A DNA stretch of 63,994 bases, the filler included, from Basidiobolus ranarum (lineage: Eukaryota), in assembly GCA_040143965.1 (NCBI GenBank). It is 4 parts of 4 records of this genome, joined end to end, with 100 filler letters (N's around TTAATTAATTAA, not from the genome) between each part and the next. Parts side by side here need not be neighbours in the genome. Positions count along the whole stretch, not along the records: positions 16,668 to 33,204 come from JASJQH010000339.1; positions 33,305 to 49,790 come from JASJQH010000340.1; 2 more parts are not named here. One strand, given 5' to 3'. Position 1 is the stretch's first letter. Every line of letters starts with the position of its first letter. Shown here piece after piece: positions 24,448 through 35,671 of the stretch. Below the pieces are notes generated by a model. It saw nothing but the letters and a program-made list of their open reading frames with translations, had not been told where the DNA came from and made no database searches. A program made the position numbers and the translations under genes.

Positions 24448-26162
24448 ATGTCGAAAAGTACGGGGCTAATGCGTAATTTGATAGAATTATGTAAACGTAG
24501 AGGTTTTCTATTTCAGTCAGCTGAAATTCACGGTGGTCTTCGTGGGGCTTATGATTACGGACCACTTGGTGTTGAGCTTAAGCGTAACCTTTCTGAAGCT
24601 TGGTGGTCAGATATGGTGTATAAAAAAGATAACGTGGTTGGTGTGGATACTTCTATCATCACACCACCTGGCGTTTTCAAAGCTTCTGGTCATCTGGAAT
24701 CTTTCACTGACGCATTGGTCGATTGTAAACTTTCTAAGGAGAGATTCCGTGCTGATAAAGCTCCCCCCATCACAGTCATAGAGAAAAATGGTCGAAAGTT
24801 ACTCCCTATCGCTGCTCCTGATAAGGCCATTGCTAAAAATTGGGAACAGGAAATTCAGCAACTTTTACCCGGCATCACAGTTAATCGTCAAGGTAAGGAA
24901 CTCACGTTGCCTGTGATTGAACTTCAGAATCCTGCCTCCGTGGAGACAGCTGAATCCAATCCAGGAAAAATTCTATTCGAAGGAAAGGATGCCACTGTTG
25001 AGTTGGCTTATCATGGTTATGTTGAACCGAATAGCAATTCACCGTTTTTAACCGAAAGTCGACCATTTAATTTGATGTTTAAAACCTTTCTGGACCCCAT
25101 TGATCCTATAGAAAGGGTAATGACTACCACACTAGCCGAGTCTAAAGAAACTGATAATGTCAAACAGTTGCGTCAATCGGTTGATAACGAACTAGCTGGA
25201 TCCACAGTCTTTCTTCGACCCGAAACTGCACAAGGAGTTTTCGTGAATTTCTTAACCTGTCAACGCACACAAAAACTTCGGCCACCTTTTGGTATTGCCC
25301 AAATAGGGAAATCGTTTCGTAACGAGATTCGTCTTGAACACGCGATCTTTCGTACTCCAGAATTCGAACAGATGGAGTTGGAATATTTCGTTCCACCTGA
25401 GGAGGATTCTAAATGGCTTTCTTATTGGACTGAGGAACGGTTCAGCTGGTGGAAGCGCTTCGCTAATCATCCAGAAAATTTCCGCCAACGTCCTCATGAA
25501 AAACATGAGCTTGCTCATTATGCTAAAGGCTGCGTAGATGTGGAGTATAAATTCCCTTGGGGCTGGGGAGAAGTAGAAGGGTGGCAAATAGAGGGGATTA
25601 TGACCTTAAGCAACACTCGGAACATTCTGGAATCCGTCTTGACTATAGTGAAGACTCGAAGGATTTGATTACAGAAGGCGGGGAGAGTAGAACTGAAAAA
25701 CGAACATATACTCCTTACGTAATCGAATCATCTTGCGGCTTAAACCGTGCTCTTCTTGCGTACCTTGTCGATGCCTATAGTGAGGATAGCGTTATTGACC
25801 CTACCACCGGTAAGAGCGCAAAGAGACCTTTACTTCGACTTCATCCACAATTGGCGCCGATTAAGGTGGCGGTTATGCCACTGATGCCTAAGCCTGAGCT
25901 CCTGCCACTCGCCAAACAGCTTGTGAAGGCGTTCCGTCGTGAACGGATCAATGTTCGTATGGAGGACCAGAATCTTAAAATTGGTAAACGGTACTACCGA
26001 CATGATGAGGTCGGTACCCCTTGGTGTGTCACGGTGGACTATCAATCTCTAGATGACAATATGATCACCATCCGTGATAGAGATACGATGGAGCAAAAAC
26101 GAGTTAGTATAGAAGATGTAGTAGAGTTGGTCAAAACCAATTTGAGAGATCGAGATGACTAG
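24448..26162 (+). CDS. glyQS: Bacterial-type homodimeric (alpha2) glycyl-tRNA synthetase, intronless, with a -1 frame break near 25580
   Basis: LCKRRGFLFQSAEIHGG..GAYDYGPLGVELKRN, ASGHLESFTD.LVDC, FNLMFKT, LRPETAQG, GIAQIGKSFRNEI, EFEQMELEYF. Second frame continues VANRGDYDLKQH, PYVIESSCGLNR, anticodon domain IGKRYYRHDEVGTPWCVTVD. Confidence 0.9.
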
Positions 26163-28041
26163 ACATTGTATATTCTTGATGTTTATTTCATTCTTCATAC
26201 CGCCTTCATTTTATTTAGCAGATTTCATACACCATTCCATCACTTCCTTTGTCGTGGAATTCTGTTCATCCTTTACATCGACCACAAAGAGTAGTACACT
26301 ATATTCCATTGATAAATTTAACCTTTAAACACAACGTAGACGAGAGTCTCCTTAATTGTCTGATAAATCGATTCTTCGATAGCATTTTTTTATCCAACGC
26401 CAAGGAGCAGCTCCTTTCTATATACACAGAACCGTAACAGTTGAGGACAAAGTTTGGGCATTAGGAGAGAGCTATTATTTACGATGTTTAGCCAGTTCTG
26501 TATTTGTAGTTAGTCAATGGCTCTTGTTTCATGTCGCTTCCAGCATTAGTGGGGTATTTCTGCCATTTTCACCGCCTGTGGTTATAAAGAAGTCAAGAGC
26601 ACATTGGACATAAAAACGTCCAAAAATCTTTATGCCAACGTAAGACTGTCTAGTAAGAGAAATTTTGAGTTTCAAATGAGTGTAGTCTTATCGTAGACCG
26701 ACAGCTTAGCTGATGGATCGTAATCACTATTGTAACGAGGTTGTGTTTTGTAATTACTATTAGGTAGCTTCATGGCCGATAGATACCAAACTATACTTAG
26801 ACAATGGGAAAGATTTCAACAGCATTATGCTGTTCTGGTGGAAATGATAGGAAAATAAGCGCCCCAAAACCTAGGGGCAGTAGTAAAAATCAGCTTAGCT
26901 AGATCTACTTGTATGTAAGCCAAATCAAGAATAGATCGTTGCCTATGACCCTGGAGAGACTCTCCCTTTAAAACGCTTGATTCCATTTAAAGTATCCCAT
27001 CTGTATAAAGATGAGGCATGAACCGGTTTAAGGCCATGAGTATTGGTTGCTTTTCTTGGAGCTGAGGCCTATAATCTCGATTCGGTGCAAGCCTAACCCT
27101 AAGGTAACGTTTGAAAACACCGGAACATTTATAAATATGTAGTCCCATTTAATTGTCATGTCTGCGCCAATGGTTATTAGTCACTGGCAGTCGAACAGAT
27201 TCAATATTAAATGAGTTGCATTGAAAACAAGCCCAATGCTCTACAATACATCTTCCATTTGAATATACACGCTGGTTCCGTAGCCAAGAGTCAAGATCTT
27301 AGCCAGTGATCTTTCATCTAATCGCGTGAACCCATACCAGGTCCTTTTCTGTGCCAACCTTACTGGAGGGCGTATTGTTACAACTGCTACATTCTGCTTA
27401 TGTGTCCCGTTGGCGCAGTATCGTCTTATCCCACTAGAGCGTTGCCTGGTTTATTCCCTACGCAGGCCAAGTGGTGATCCTCTGTTCATATCGACCTCCG
27501 TGGTGCATTCCCTGACCCAAGCGAGCCCAATTTCAGCCGATTTGTCAAGTGCCACTTATACGGACTGAGTATTGTCATCTTTGATTGATGATTCTGCTAA
27601 TGCTACTGACTCTTTCTACTAGAACTGACATCCAATCACAGCTTGGATATTGGCTATTGTGACGAATTCGTCTATGCGATTGCCATATAAAATAGAATGA
27701 TTGGAGAATGTCAACATAGTTCTTCTCATAAAGGAGCTTATTACAAAAATAGGAGTTCAAATCGACGAGCTAGAAATAGGAGTTAAATCCGGAATCATTT
27801 GCATAATTATCCTTTGTTTACCCATTCCACTAGTTGAACTCCTCATCTTTCGTAACCTTTGAGCCACACCACTTAAACACGGTCTTTTAAGTTGTTGTGC
27901 TTCACTCATCCCCTCCCAAGTAACTTGCAATACTCTTTCCTTTATAACAGATCTACTTAACGGTTGTCTTTCCGCTTAGCTATTTCCCTCAGTTTATTCA
28001 TACCGATACCTTCTCTTCCTCCATAACCTTAGCTCAAGAAA

Positions 28042-29424
28042 ATGCCTAAGGAGCCAAAGAAACGTACCGGCTTCCTCAACACATTAGAACCAGAACAAAA
28101 AGTCGCCTTAGACGAGCTATGGAGGGTGTTGTTCGAGAAATTCGAAACTAATGATGTAGAGGAAACCGAATCTCCTACTGATAACACCACCGAAGCCAAT
28201 AGAAAGTCTGGGTTCGGAAAGTTCTTTCATAGAAACAAAACTGAGAAAGAGGAGGCCAAGCAAACCAAAAACCCTAGCCCTGAACCAGAAACTCTGGCTA
28301 ACCAACAAAGTTTGAGAGAGAGTTTCTGGAGATTTGTATTGGGTGACCACCCAGACTCCATCCTGTTGCGCTACCTAAGAGCTCGTAAATTCAACGTGAG
28401 TAAAGCTTCGAAAATGTTGATGAGCACTCTGAAGTGGCGTATTCAAAACGATGTCACTGGTATCATCGAGAAGGGAGAAAAAATCGTTAGCACTCACGTA
28501 CTTCAAATCGGAAAAGGATACTTGTACGGAGTGGATAAAGAGGGTAGACCAGTTAGGTAAATTGAATTCACTTTGTATTTCTACTACGCAAACGTTGCCG
28601 GATACCCAGTTGAAGTTGCGTTTCTTGCTCGGATAATTGTAAATTCTAATCGTTGAAATATTTGCCGTGTAGTTTTTGTCATGTTCGACTCCACAACAAG
28701 GAGGATGAGCCTATCGAAGAGCTTGAGAAATTCACCATTTGGTTGATGGAGACTGCGCGGTTATTCTTGATTCCACCGGCTGATTGTGTCTCCGTTGTGT
28801 TTGACATGAAAGATTTCTCGCTTAGTAACATGGACTATCCTTTTGTCTCCTTCATGAACAAGGTTTTGGAGAGTCACTATCCTGAGAGTTTAGGAGTGGC
28901 CTTAATATTGGGAGCTCCCTGGGTATTTTCTGGTACATTTTTATGCTAGTTTCTCATCGATGTGATGTGAACATTCAAATCTAACCTGGTTTCTAGGTGT
29001 GTGGAAGGTTGTCTCTCCCCTGCTCGACCCCGTTGTCGCTAGCAAAGTACAGTTTTTGGACAAGTCAGAAGATCTGCGAAAGTACATCGAGCCCAATATG
29101 CTACTGAAACAATTCGGTGGGGAGAATCCTTACGAGTTTAAATTCATCCCACCACAAGCAGGAGAAAACGATATCATGAATGATACAGAAGCAAAAGCTC
29201 AAGCCTATGAGCAATGGTGGAAATCAATCGATCATTTCGAGCAAGTAACCAGATTGCGACTTGCCACCCCAAGCCCGGAGGTTGAAGCACAAAGAGAAGC
29301 TTCTGCTCAGCAGCTACGTGCTGATTACTTCAAGCTAGATCCATATATTCGTGCTAGAACAGTTTACCATCGTTTAGGAATTCTTCAAAACGACGGATCA
29401 GTCAACTGGCAGGCACGCGCTTAA
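28042..29424 (+). CDS. CRAL-TRIO/Sec14-family lipid transfer protein (Csr1/Sfh2-like); 3 exons
   Basis: Introns 28557-28672 and 28933-28996. DHPDSILLRYLRARKFNV, DKEGRPV, FDMKDFSLSNMDY, HYPESLG, LDPVVASKV, LDPYIRART. Confidence 0.93.
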
Positions 29425-31290
29425 ATTAATTCCACTTGATTAGCTAAATACATCGCCCGTGTCTCTTCGTTGAAGCCCTGCCCTGGGTAACCTCTTTACT
29501 TTACTCCTTGTTAAACCGAAGCGTACCTCTCTTTGTATTGAACCTAAAAAGATAAATAAACCGGATTTACAATATCCGTGATGCCTTATACTCGCGTGTT
29601 TTATTCCCTCAAGCACCAATTCGATCTTGTGTGATGAGTGCACTAGGGCGCACAGTGGCAACACAGTTTCTGATGACCAAAAATGCAACAATAGTTCACA
29701 TAGCGTAAAATGCAAACAGAAGATATTTTTGGGGTGCGTAGTATTGTTCGCTGATATAATCATTGTGTCGGTTGTACTGATTAAGTCACCACTCAACAGT
29801 CCCTCAGGAGTTAAGCCATACGCTTTCTGAATTGCTCCACTTTCATCAACACTTTAACATATGGAACTGAAAGTACGACTATTGAGCATACAGATAAGCG
29901 AAAGCCCAAAAAGTTAGCCAAGTCCTAAGGCTGGAACCTAGTAATTGCATTTAGAGTACAACAATCTGTTACACATTTCGGAAGGAGTGTCATCTGCCAT
30001 AGCCGTTATCTAAACCATAGATTCGTTGGTTCATTGTGTATGAAATATCCAACCAAGTAACTTTAAACTTTTATTGGTTTTAATATATCTTATTCTTGTT
30101 TAGTATCTTCTACAGTGTTGGTTGAGGTTCCTTGGGTCAATAGAAATATATTAACTACAGATGAGCGTCACTTGCGGCTTGTTTGCCAAGCAGTAGATTA
30201 ACAACCAGATGGCTATATGCCCATTTATCGCATCAGTTATGAGCAGTCATATAATATGCACACAATGCGTCTCTCTTAGATGACTTGGTATTATTGGTAT
30301 GTATATGCACTACTCTTAACAATGTCACTACAAAACAACTCAAGTGCAATAAAATATCAATTCTGCATCATGCACTTTCCATCTAACTGCTACTCATCCC
30401 AATGACCCAAAATATGCAAAATCCTGTTGAATCTCAATGACTTGGTGCTTCGATATTAGCCACGGCTCAGGTGTAAGGAATGCTTTCTCAGTATTGCCAG
30501 TCAGCCCTGCTTCTATACATCTGATTATTTCATATGTTGACAAAGTTAACCAAGGTTCATTAGTCAACTGAGGATATAATTCAGTATATATGAATTATCC
30601 AAGATTTAGCAAAGTAAGAGTAGAAATCCCAAAGAACATCAAATTAGCCCCACAGCAATTTACCTCACTCTTAGTATTGTTTAAACAATATACATTCTTT
30701 TGTTTTCAATGCTACTCTCAAAGGTATATATTAGTCAATCAATACATGCCAATTCAAAAGAAACACTCAAAAAACTCTTGGATCTCACTAAAATTCACTG
30801 TATAGATGAGACCACCAACTTTCTGTTAAAGTATTTGGGAGCCTGTTGGAAGTGGTTTAGAAAATTAGAGATATTGGTGGTTTTCACTTGTTGCTATTTA
30901 CCTAATTTCAGCATTCCTACCTAACTAATTATTTTGTATTTCTTTAAACCTAACTTATATCTTAATACTTCAAGTTGTGCTTTAGCTAAAGGTCTGGTTA
31001 AGATGCCAGATATTGTTTCTTCAGCAGGGCAATAGACAAGTTCAATTATATCATTTTCTTGTTGAAGTGTTTGGGAGTCTGTAGGAAGTTATTTGGAGAA
31101 TTTGAGGATTTGGTAGTTTTCACTTATTGATTTATTGAGTAGAAAGTTGACATTTAGAGTTTTGTCAAGATATAAACAAAATAACATGTAGAATATGTTA
31201 AGGAAGGTCCCAGTAACATGTGTGCACAGTTTGGGGCTTCTAGAACGGGTTTGAAAAAATCTATATATCTGAGAGCTTCCAAGTTGGTGT

Positions 31291-31410
31291 CAATATTCTA
31301 AGTAAATTCCGATGGAGAATAATAGGTAATATCTTAGGGAAATATAAGATAACTAAATACTAAGCTATCTATGACTCTATAGGTGTTTAGGCAATGCCAA
31401 TTTCAACAGT
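31291..31410 (+). repeat. Dispersed repeat homologous to 63297-63416 (inside the Copia LTR); probably part of a solo LTR of about 31196-31808
   Basis: Shared blocks AGTAAATTC, TAATATCTTAG, TACTAAGCTAT, TATAGGTGTTTAGGCAATGC are collinear in both copies. Confidence 0.8.
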
Positions 31411-33049
31411 AATGACATTTGTTAGATTTTTGAGGAGTGCTTTGCAGCAACAGGGACTACAGTTTTGATACACTTAAACTTAGCTATAGAGGCAATGTTG
31501 GAGATGACATAGCTTAAGGATCTATATAATCATATAGTTAGCTACCTAAATTTCACTAGGCTATTATTCAATATCTTCATGAGAAATTTACTTAGAAGTG
31601 CTCAGATTATATCATTTTCTCATACTTGTCCAAAAGATTCCAAACTTTATACAAATTCCTGAGACCTTCCTGACCATATTCTACACATTGGCTTATTTAC
31701 TTGAAAATAGTATAAATGTTAACTTACACTAAATAAATCGTTGAGTGGAAACCACCAACTCTTCTAGTTCTCCAAATCACATCCGACAACTCCCAAAACA
31801 CTTCAACAATATAAGTGTGTAAATTGATGTGCACCCAAATTTAAAAACAGGGTGTCCATCTCTTGCTATCGTTGTAGTGCAGTTACAGAATGTTGGCATG
31901 ATGTTTATTCTCATGGATCTTGCCTCTTCGCAAGATTGGTTGCCAGGTTGATAAACTCCTTTACTGCACATGCTTATCGATACTACGTTGTTACGCCTGA
32001 CAAAACTGGGTACTATTACCACGGAATTATCATTAGGCAAGTTGTTCTAGCACTATGGCGCATAGTAAGTGTAATACCATAGCCGTGTCTTGGGAATTAC
32101 TTGGTCACAGACTTGGAGACATTCCATCTCCAAATTCACAAGCTGCGATGTTTCTAGACAGACCTAGGTGCAATTTGGTCTGGTAATAAAATATAGTACT
32201 CCCGCATCTTCCTCCGAGATCTGGCAGAGTAGAATAAGCCATATGACATTAATTTACTGAGTATGAGTGGTATGCCAGTATGTTTATTAAACACACCCAC
32301 AATTTCTTGGCTTATTTATATTGCACATTTTGAATTCACGATCCTATAAATGCATTACGAGTAGGTCAGGAAGTACCATGCTTATCTAATAAACACAATT
32401 GTAATATCTGTATTCAGCATATATTTTGTAGAGGTTGTATAAGGGCTCAGACTTCTCTCTAGTAAGAATGTCGTGCACAACATTTGAATGATGGAGATTT
32501 AAGATATGCTTGTTGTTGATCATCAATGGCTCAATAGTGGTCTAAGATACAGAAATAAGAATATCTTGTTGTTTAATGCAGAGAGTATGTTATGTGGTTT
32601 ACTGTGGTTATTGATGAATATCAATTCAAATTATTTTCCCTAATTTGGGATATAGGCTTTGATGCATGAAATAGATACCTTTGTGGGGCTATTATCCAAG
32701 AACCTTTATCCAAGAGCTACTATCTGTCTTTGTCATAGTATGCTGTACTAAAGGCATTTGATAAGCATCTTTCTAGCTTAAACATTACCGCTCGAATTAT
32801 CGGGGTCATTCGAAAAACTTTCCACTTTACTATGATTGTAAATAAAGATGTACATCTAATCGACATATTTAGGGTTATTCTCCAGATGTGTGCTTTTATA
32901 GTGGACTGCTACCGCTTGAAAGTATTGGTTGAGTGCATTATTATTTTTATCGTCAGTGAAAAATGCCTGCCAAAATAGTAATAACTTTGTCTTTGAAAGT
33001 TAATAAAAAAAACAAATTTTGACTCTCACTTTTCATATTCCCTACTTGA

Positions 33050-33204
33050 GACGCATTTATAAAGAAGGAGGTCAGGTAAATGTGTTTGCTGGGGGTGATA
33101 TGCCAAATGCTGCTGCTAATATGGTCGAGGCATTTGAAAAGAAATTTCCAGGAACAAAGCTCAATATTACAGTGAATCTTAGCAAATACTACGATGAATT
33201 GATT
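33050..33204 (+). CDS. Fragment of an ABC-type periplasmic solute-binding-protein homologue, cut by the gap
   Basis: YKEGGQVNVFAGGD...AFEKKFPGTKLNITVNLSKYYD resembles the N-terminus of the fungal/bacterial Fe3+/thiamine-type SBP family. No start codon identified. Confidence 0.65.
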
Positions 33205-33303
33205 NNNNNNNNNNNNNNNNNNNNNNNNNNNNNNNNNNNNNNNNNNNNTTAATTAATTAANNNNNNNNNNNNNNNNNNNNNNNNNNNNNNNNNNNNNNNN
33301 NNN
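33205..33303. other. Assembly gap with synthetic TTAATTAATTAA linker
   Basis: Linker at 33249-33260 between N-runs. Confidence 0.97.
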
Positions 33304-34093
33304 NGGGCTGTTAGTGACCGCCTACTGGACTTACCCCCGCCGTATCACCAATACAATAACAACTCAATCGAGACACTTGATTTGATTTACCTTTGGTTCC
33401 AGCAATCTCCGTAGCTTGTATCTCTCAAATACTATGTTATCTGTGTAAAACATGACGCTGCTAGTACCAAATTCGGTAAACTCTAACTCGAATGCTGATT
33501 CATATCAGTGCGATCGCAAAACATCCTAATTCCATTGCAATGCCCACATCCCCTCTCCATCAGGGGCAGGAATTCGGTGGAAAATGATCGAGACTGCTCA
33601 CAAATGGCATTGGCATCTGGTGGGATTGTGAGCACTGTCAGCCTGGGAGCAATGTGGTATCCTCGCATACACTCAACTGGAATGGCTTAACCTTCTGGTC
33701 TCAAGAGCATTCGGTCCAGACCGAGCAGCTATCAAGACATCTCTTGAATAGTGGGATCCGATCTAAATGGATTATCCGATAACATCTGCCACTCATTCGG
33801 ATTAATATACTGCAACTCCACCCCACCTCAGTGTATTACATCCCTGGGATCCTGATTTGATTTTGCGCCGCCTATAAAAGTCACTATGGCTCTTGAAATA
33901 AATAAGCTTGTGACAATCGTTACTGCGATTTTTTTATCATCCCTAGGTTTTGTGTGCTCCTTGCGTGATATTGACTCCCTTCACCTGCACTAGTTGAGCC
34001 ATTTTAACGAGGCTATCTTAATTGAAGACTGTTTATTGGATTCCTTTAGCTCGTGAATACACTCCCTCTAGCCTTTGTATATTTCTATTTTAA

Positions 34094-35671
34094 ATGAACT
34101 CGGTCTCAGAACCTGACCTAGCCAAATCTTCCACTTGGCCCAAAAGGAGGGTTTTTTTACGCTCCCCCTCTCCTAACCCGCTATTAGAGACACCCAAATG
34201 TCCAGAGTTAGCGAAATATGCCAAAGTAGCATCTGAAACCAGCAGTAATTCGGATAGTGCTCTTCTTGTTCCCGAAGCTAAGAAGTGTGCTGAACAATCT
34301 CAGAATACTCCGGTTCAATTGAAAAGCCCAAGTAAAACACCCACGCTAGCTGAGCAAAGCTCGTTAAAACAGAAGAAAGAGCCGGTCATAAAATCCAGAA
34401 AGCCCACACTGACTATACCTATACCCCGAACACTGGTGCGAAAAAAAAGTGGCGAGGTTGTAAAGTCAGCCTTAAAGGGAAGAGTCCGCTCTATGCCAAC
34501 AACACCGACGAAGTTTGTCCATTTTGGTGCCAAGTTGGAACAAGTTAAGCTATTTCAGAAAGAACAAAAACCAGAATCCATATCCAATCCAGTGTCCGAT
34601 GATGAAGAAGGATACTCATCCGACGAAGATACTGAATATGAATTAACTACCAGACTTCCCAATTTCCCACCTCCTATTTTCTCCAGATCTATCTACAACT
34701 CCAAAACCATTTCTGTGGATATGATTCAGTTGTCTGAAGACAAACGAGATCTCGTGGGAACTTTACAAGTCCAAAACTTGGCCTTTCGTAAGGTTGTCGC
34801 CGTTCGATACACCTTTGATTTCTGGAGAACTGTGGAAGAAGTCGTAGCAGACTTCAAAGAGTCACCTGTCAAACCATGCCCGCAATTTGTAGGAATTGAT
34901 AGATTTTCATTCACCATTAACTTGGAAAATCGAGTCAGCTTTTCGCCGACATCACCCAAAAAAACCATGTTTTTCGCTGTGAGGTATCAAGTCAATAACC
35001 AGGAGTACTGGGATAATAATGATGGAATGAACTACCAGGTAGATCTTGTCTACTCCAAACCTTATCGCTTCCAAGCTTGGCCATTTGACCTTGGAACTGC
35101 GAATACTATCATTTCACCAGACTCCGGCCGCATAGCCTCCGCCAACACTCGAAACTCGACGTTTGGATTTGAATCACCGGAGCCCCCTGTACTATCGAAT
35201 GGTCACAACAATAGCTTTGGTGCCAGATATGATTTTGGAATCGCTCTATCAACACCAGGCGAAAGCGACCAAACCACTTTCGAGAAGATCACAACCATAG
35301 GAGCTGCTGATCGAGACGTCACGCCTGATTCAGTGAATTCCATTCACAATCTTAAGCCGAAATCTTCCCTGGCCAGCCTCTTCGCTCATCCCCCTTACAA
35401 GTCCTACGAACCACCTAATTCCAATGGCATTGTTCCATGGGATGAGCAGCCAGTCTCTTGGGATGGATACGATAACTATACTACCGATTATATCAGTAGT
35501 CCCAATAGTACGACCTTTACTAGTCCTGTCCCAATTCCAGTTAAAAATAGTACCTCCAACCGAGGAGGCCGGCATTCAGGTGAAGATGAACAATCTTACT
35601 CCTCTGGACTATACTCTGGGCCCACATTCAACAGCTACTCATCCTCACCAGTTTCGCGTATCCGCGGATAA
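34094..35671 (+). CDS. Glycogen-targeting PP1 regulatory subunit with CBM21 domain (Gac1/PPP1R3-like), intronless
   Basis: RKKSGEVVKSALK, RVxF-type KFVHF, GTLQVQNLAFRKVVAVRYTFDFW, FAVRYQVNNQEYWDNNDGMNY. Confidence 0.92.
   Translation: MNSVSEPDLAKSSTWPKRRVFLRSPSPNPLLETPKCPELAKYAKVASETSSNSDSALLVPEAKKCAEQSQNTPVQLKSPSKTPTLAEQSSLKQKKEPVIKSRKPTLTIPIPRTLVRKKSGEVVKSALKGRVRSMPTTPTKFVHFGAKLEQVKLFQKEQKPESISNPVSDDEEGYSSDEDTEYELTTRLPNFPPPIFSRSIYNSKTISVDMIQLSEDKRDLVGTLQVQNLAFRKVVAVRYTFDFWRTVEEVVADFKESPVKPCPQFVGIDRFSFTINLENRVSFSPTSPKKTMFFAVRYQVNNQEYWDNNDGMNYQVDLVYSKPYRFQAWPFDLGTANTIISPDSGRIASANTRNSTFGFESPEPPVLSNGHNNSFGARYDFGIALSTPGESDQTTFEKITTIGAADRDVTPDSVNSIHNLKPKSSLASLFAHPPYKSYEPPNSNGIVPWDEQPVSWDGYDNYTTDYISSPNSTTFTSPVPIPVKNSTSNRGGRHSGEDEQSYSSGLYSGPTFNSYSSSPVSRIRG

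Noticed and set aside
29900-31150. AT-rich stretch with a possible transposase fragment (LTESWWSHL, minus strand)
   Set aside because: One weak motif, and no terminal repeats or ORF found.
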